Below, in pieces: positions 60,797 through 64,000 of a DNA stretch of 64,000 nucleotides. A program made the position numbers and the translations under genes. Within the stretch, counting starts at the first letter, position 1. Each line of letters opens with the position of its first letter. Below the pieces are notes generated by a model. The model was not told where the DNA came from. It made no database searches and worked only from the letters and a program-made list of their open reading frames with translations. The stretch is from Somniosus microcephalus (lineage: Eukaryota): the NCBI GenBank assembly GCA_052327205.1, contig CM126205.1:245644001-245708000 (forward strand), written 5' to 3'.

Positions 60797-63700
60797 ATTT
60801 TATTAGCAAAAACAAAATGTTGGCAACAAACGCCGAGCAGCAGGCTGCTGCACCAAACGCTGAGCAGCAGGAGCTGCTGCGAGCCCTCAGACCAACATGC
60901 CTGGACCTAGACCCCCAAGAAGCGGGTTCGGCTACCAAATTCGCGCATTGGCTGCGTTGCTTCGAGGCTTACCTGCAAGCCTCAACTGTGACCCTGGACG
61001 AAAACAAGCTGGAAATCCTGGCCTCAAAGGTGAGCCACCAAGTTTATACAATACTCCAGGACGCGACGACCTACGCGGCGGCTATCGATCTGCTAAAAGG
61101 GCAATACGCACGCCCGGTAAATACGGTCTATGCCAGGCACCTCTTAAGATCCCGCAGACAGCAGCCCGGGGAATCGGTGGAGGCCTTCCTACGGGCACTA
61201 CGGATACTCGGCCGAGGCAGCAGCCATCAGCCGCAGCGCACACGGAGGGACTGATCTGAGATACTTTCGTTGCGGGTCTAAGGTCCGACTACTCCCGGCA
61301 GAGACTGTTGGAAAAGGGAGAAATGGACCTGAGAAAGGCAGTGTCCCTCGTGCTCTCGCTCGACGCGGCCCACAGGAATATGGACGCCTTCTCCCCTAAC
61401 CGCTCCGCAACGTGGACGCCACAACCTTGGGTCATGGGACCGCCACCTTCAACTGCTGCTGCGATGTCCAAGGCACAGAAATGTTATTTTTGTGGCCAGG
61501 CAAAACACCCCAGAGCACGCTGCCCGGCGAGAAACGCTACCTGCTCCGGCTGCGGGAAGAAAGGACACTATGTCAGCGCCTGCAAAGGTAAAACTGCTAA
61601 CGCCAGCAGCGCCGCGTGCGAACCGTGGGGGCAGCCATCTTGTCCGCCATCTTGGGCTCCCCCAGCCGTGTGGGGATCGGGATCATGGGCGCCACCATTT
61701 TGTCCGCCATCTTGGACGTCTCCAACTTCAACCACGGGGGACCCGGACTCAACCACCGCCTCATCTGACGACCACATCGACTCGCTTGACCATACGCTGG
61801 CCTCCGTGACGCTGGACCAATCTCTCCCTCATCAACTGTCCAGGTCCATGATGGACATTACGGTAAACGGCCGCGCCACTACCTGCCTTTTTGACAGCGG
61901 GAGCACGGAGAGCTTTATCCACCCCGACACGGTGCGCAGTTACTCTCCCCCGGTCCTGCCGACGTGCCATCGGATCTCTTTGGCTTCCAAAGCCCAGTCA
62001 GCGGACGTCGGTGGCTACTGTGTAGTGACCCTTTCAGTACGGGGCACAGAATACAAAAATTTTAAACTTCTTGTCCTGCCCCACCTCTGCGCTGCCGTTC
62101 TGCTGGGGTTGGATTTTCAGTGCCACCTTAAGAGTGTCACATTAGCGTACGACGGACCCCTCCCCCCACTCACAGTCTGCAGCCAGCAGTTTTTAAATCG
62201 CCCGCCGCGCACCATTTGCAGCCTCTCCACCCTTAAAGTCTCCCCCCCCCCCCCCCCCCCCCCCTCCTTGTTCGCTAACCTCACCCGCGACTGTAAGCCC
62301 ATTGCTACCAAAAGCAGGCGTTACAGTGCCGGGGATAGGAGCTTCATTAAATCCGAGGTAGCGAGACTCCTGAAGGAAGGGATTATTGAAAGTAGCACCA
62401 GCCCATGGCGAGCACAAGTGGTGGTAGTGAAGACTGGTGAAAAACAGCGCCTAGTTATTGACTACAGCCAGACGATCAATTGCTACACCCAGCTAGATGC
62501 ATACCCACTCCCCCGCATATCTGACATGGTCAATCAGATAGCACAATACCGGGTGTTCTCGACGATTGATCTGAAGTCGGCATATCACCAGCTCCCCATC
62601 AGGGCTGAGGACCGCCAGTACACAGCTTTTGAAGCTGACGGTCGTCTCTACCACTTCCTCAGAGTTCCCTTCGGCGTCCCCAACGGGGTTTCAGTCTTCC
62701 AACGGGAGATGGACCGGATGGCTGACCAGAACGCGCTCCAGGCCACTTCCCCTAGCTAGACAACGTCACCATCTGCGGCCACGACCAGCAGGACCATGAT
62801 GTTAATCTAGAGAAATTCCATTGTACGGCCCAGCGGCTGAACCTAACATACAACAAGGACAAATGTATGTTTCATACCATGCGCCTTGCCATTCTTGGCT
62901 GTGTAGTGGAGAACGGAGTCATCGGCCCCGACCCCGACAGGATGCGCCCCCTTATGGAGCTCCCCCTCCCCCACTGCCAAAAAGCACTGAAGAGATGCCT
63001 AGGGTTTTTCTCGTACTATGCTCAGTGGGTGCCCAACTATGCGGACAAAGCCAGACCCCTCACCAAGTCCACCTCCTTCCCCCTGACAGCAGAGGCCTGT
63101 GCAGCCTTCACTCTCATAAAAAGAGATATTGCGAGGGTCACGATGCACGCAGTGGATGAGTCCATCACTTTCCAAGTGGAGAGCGACGCATCCGACTTTG
63201 CCCTAGCTGCAACCCTTAACCAGGCGGGGAGACCCGTGGCCTTTTTCTCAAGGACCCTCCAGGGCCCCGAGATTCGACACTCCTCTGTCGAAAAGGAGGC
63301 CCAGGCCATTGTGGAAGCTGTGCGACATTGGAGGCATTACCTGGCCGGAAAACGATTTACCCTGCTCACTGACCAGCGTTCAGTAGCTTTTATGTTTCAT
63401 AATAAGCAGCGGGGCAAAATCAAGAATGACAAGATATTAAGGTGGAGAATCGAACTCTCCACCTACAATTACGATATCTTGCACCGGCCCGGGAAACTCA
63501 ATGAGCCCCCAGATGCCCTATCACGTGGTACATGCGCCAACGCGCAGGTTGATAGACTGAAGACCCTCCACAATGACCTCTGCCACCCGGGGGTCACCAG
63601 GTTTTTTCACTTCATCAAGTCCCGTAACCTGCCCTACTCCATCGAGGAGGTCAGGACCATGACCAGGAACTGCCAAATCTGTGCCGAGGGCAAACCGCAT

Positions 63701-64000
63701 TTTTATAGGCCAGACAGAGCAAGCCTGATCAAAGCCACGCGCCCCTTTGAACGGCTGAGCGTCGATTTTAAAGGGCCCCTCCCCTCCTCTGACCGCAATG
63801 TGTACTTCCTCAACATAATTGACGAGTACTCCCGTTTCCCGTTTGCCATCCCTTGCTCAGACATGACCAGTACCACGGTCATTAAATGTCTGAATGACCT
63901 CTTCGCCTTGTTCGGTTTCCCTAGCTATATTCATAGCGACAGGGGCTCATCCTTTATGAGTGACGAACTTCGTCAGTACCTGCTCGCGAGAGGTATTGCT
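60546..64000 (+). mobile_element. Ty3/Gypsy LTR retrotransposon (gag with two CCHC knuckles, PR, RT, RNase H, IN), disabled copy, truncated by window end
   Basis: CYFCGQAKHPRARC and CSGCGKKGHYVSAC; LFDSGS protease; RLVIDY, DLKSAYHQ and VPFG RT motifs; frameshift plus TAG at ~62745-62755. The frame from 62756 is open to the window end with ESDASD, SVEKEA, LLTDQ (RNase H), HNDLCH...CQIC and VDFKGP...IHSDRG (integrase). The gag frame is also broken near 61220-61260. Confidence 0.96.

Noticed and set aside
62242-62264. Poly-proline insert between protease and RT
   Set aside because: Slippage or sequencing expansion of a poly(C) run; similar C/G homopolymers occur at ~45347, ~46550 and ~56669.

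Overview
Eukaryotic DNA from a cartilaginous fish (shark-like, inferred from an intact HoxD14 and an HE1-type SINE). It covers the 5' (posterior) end of the HoxD cluster and its flank. Minus strand: HoxD12 (2 exons), HoxD13 (2 exons) and an intact 3-exon HoxD14 (paralogy group 14, WFQNQR homeodomain split by an intron). Plus strand: Evx2 (3 exons), then the promoter and first three coding exons of lunapark (lnpk). Positions 1 to ~34.9 kb are AT-rich, almost transposon-free and carry candidate cis-elements. From ~34.9 kb the lnpk introns are packed with nested CR1/L2-group LINEs, SINEs, Penelope-like elements, a 41-bp minisatellite and a young Gypsy LTR element that runs off the window end. The most unusual observations: (1) the Gypsy element has no tRNA primer-binding site; that position holds a 13-nt perfect complement of its own LTR AATAAA region, and its RT motif reads xLDN; (2) a minimal hammerhead ribozyme sits at the end of a Penelope-like element, with two small TSD-flanked fold-back derivatives nearby; (3) five same-strand YCAAGGTCA/DR0 nuclear-receptor motifs lie around HoxD12-D14; (4) multi-hairpin elements and a retroelement scar occur between HoxD13 and HoxD14. 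Repeat boundaries are approximate and family names come from motif recognition, not database searches.
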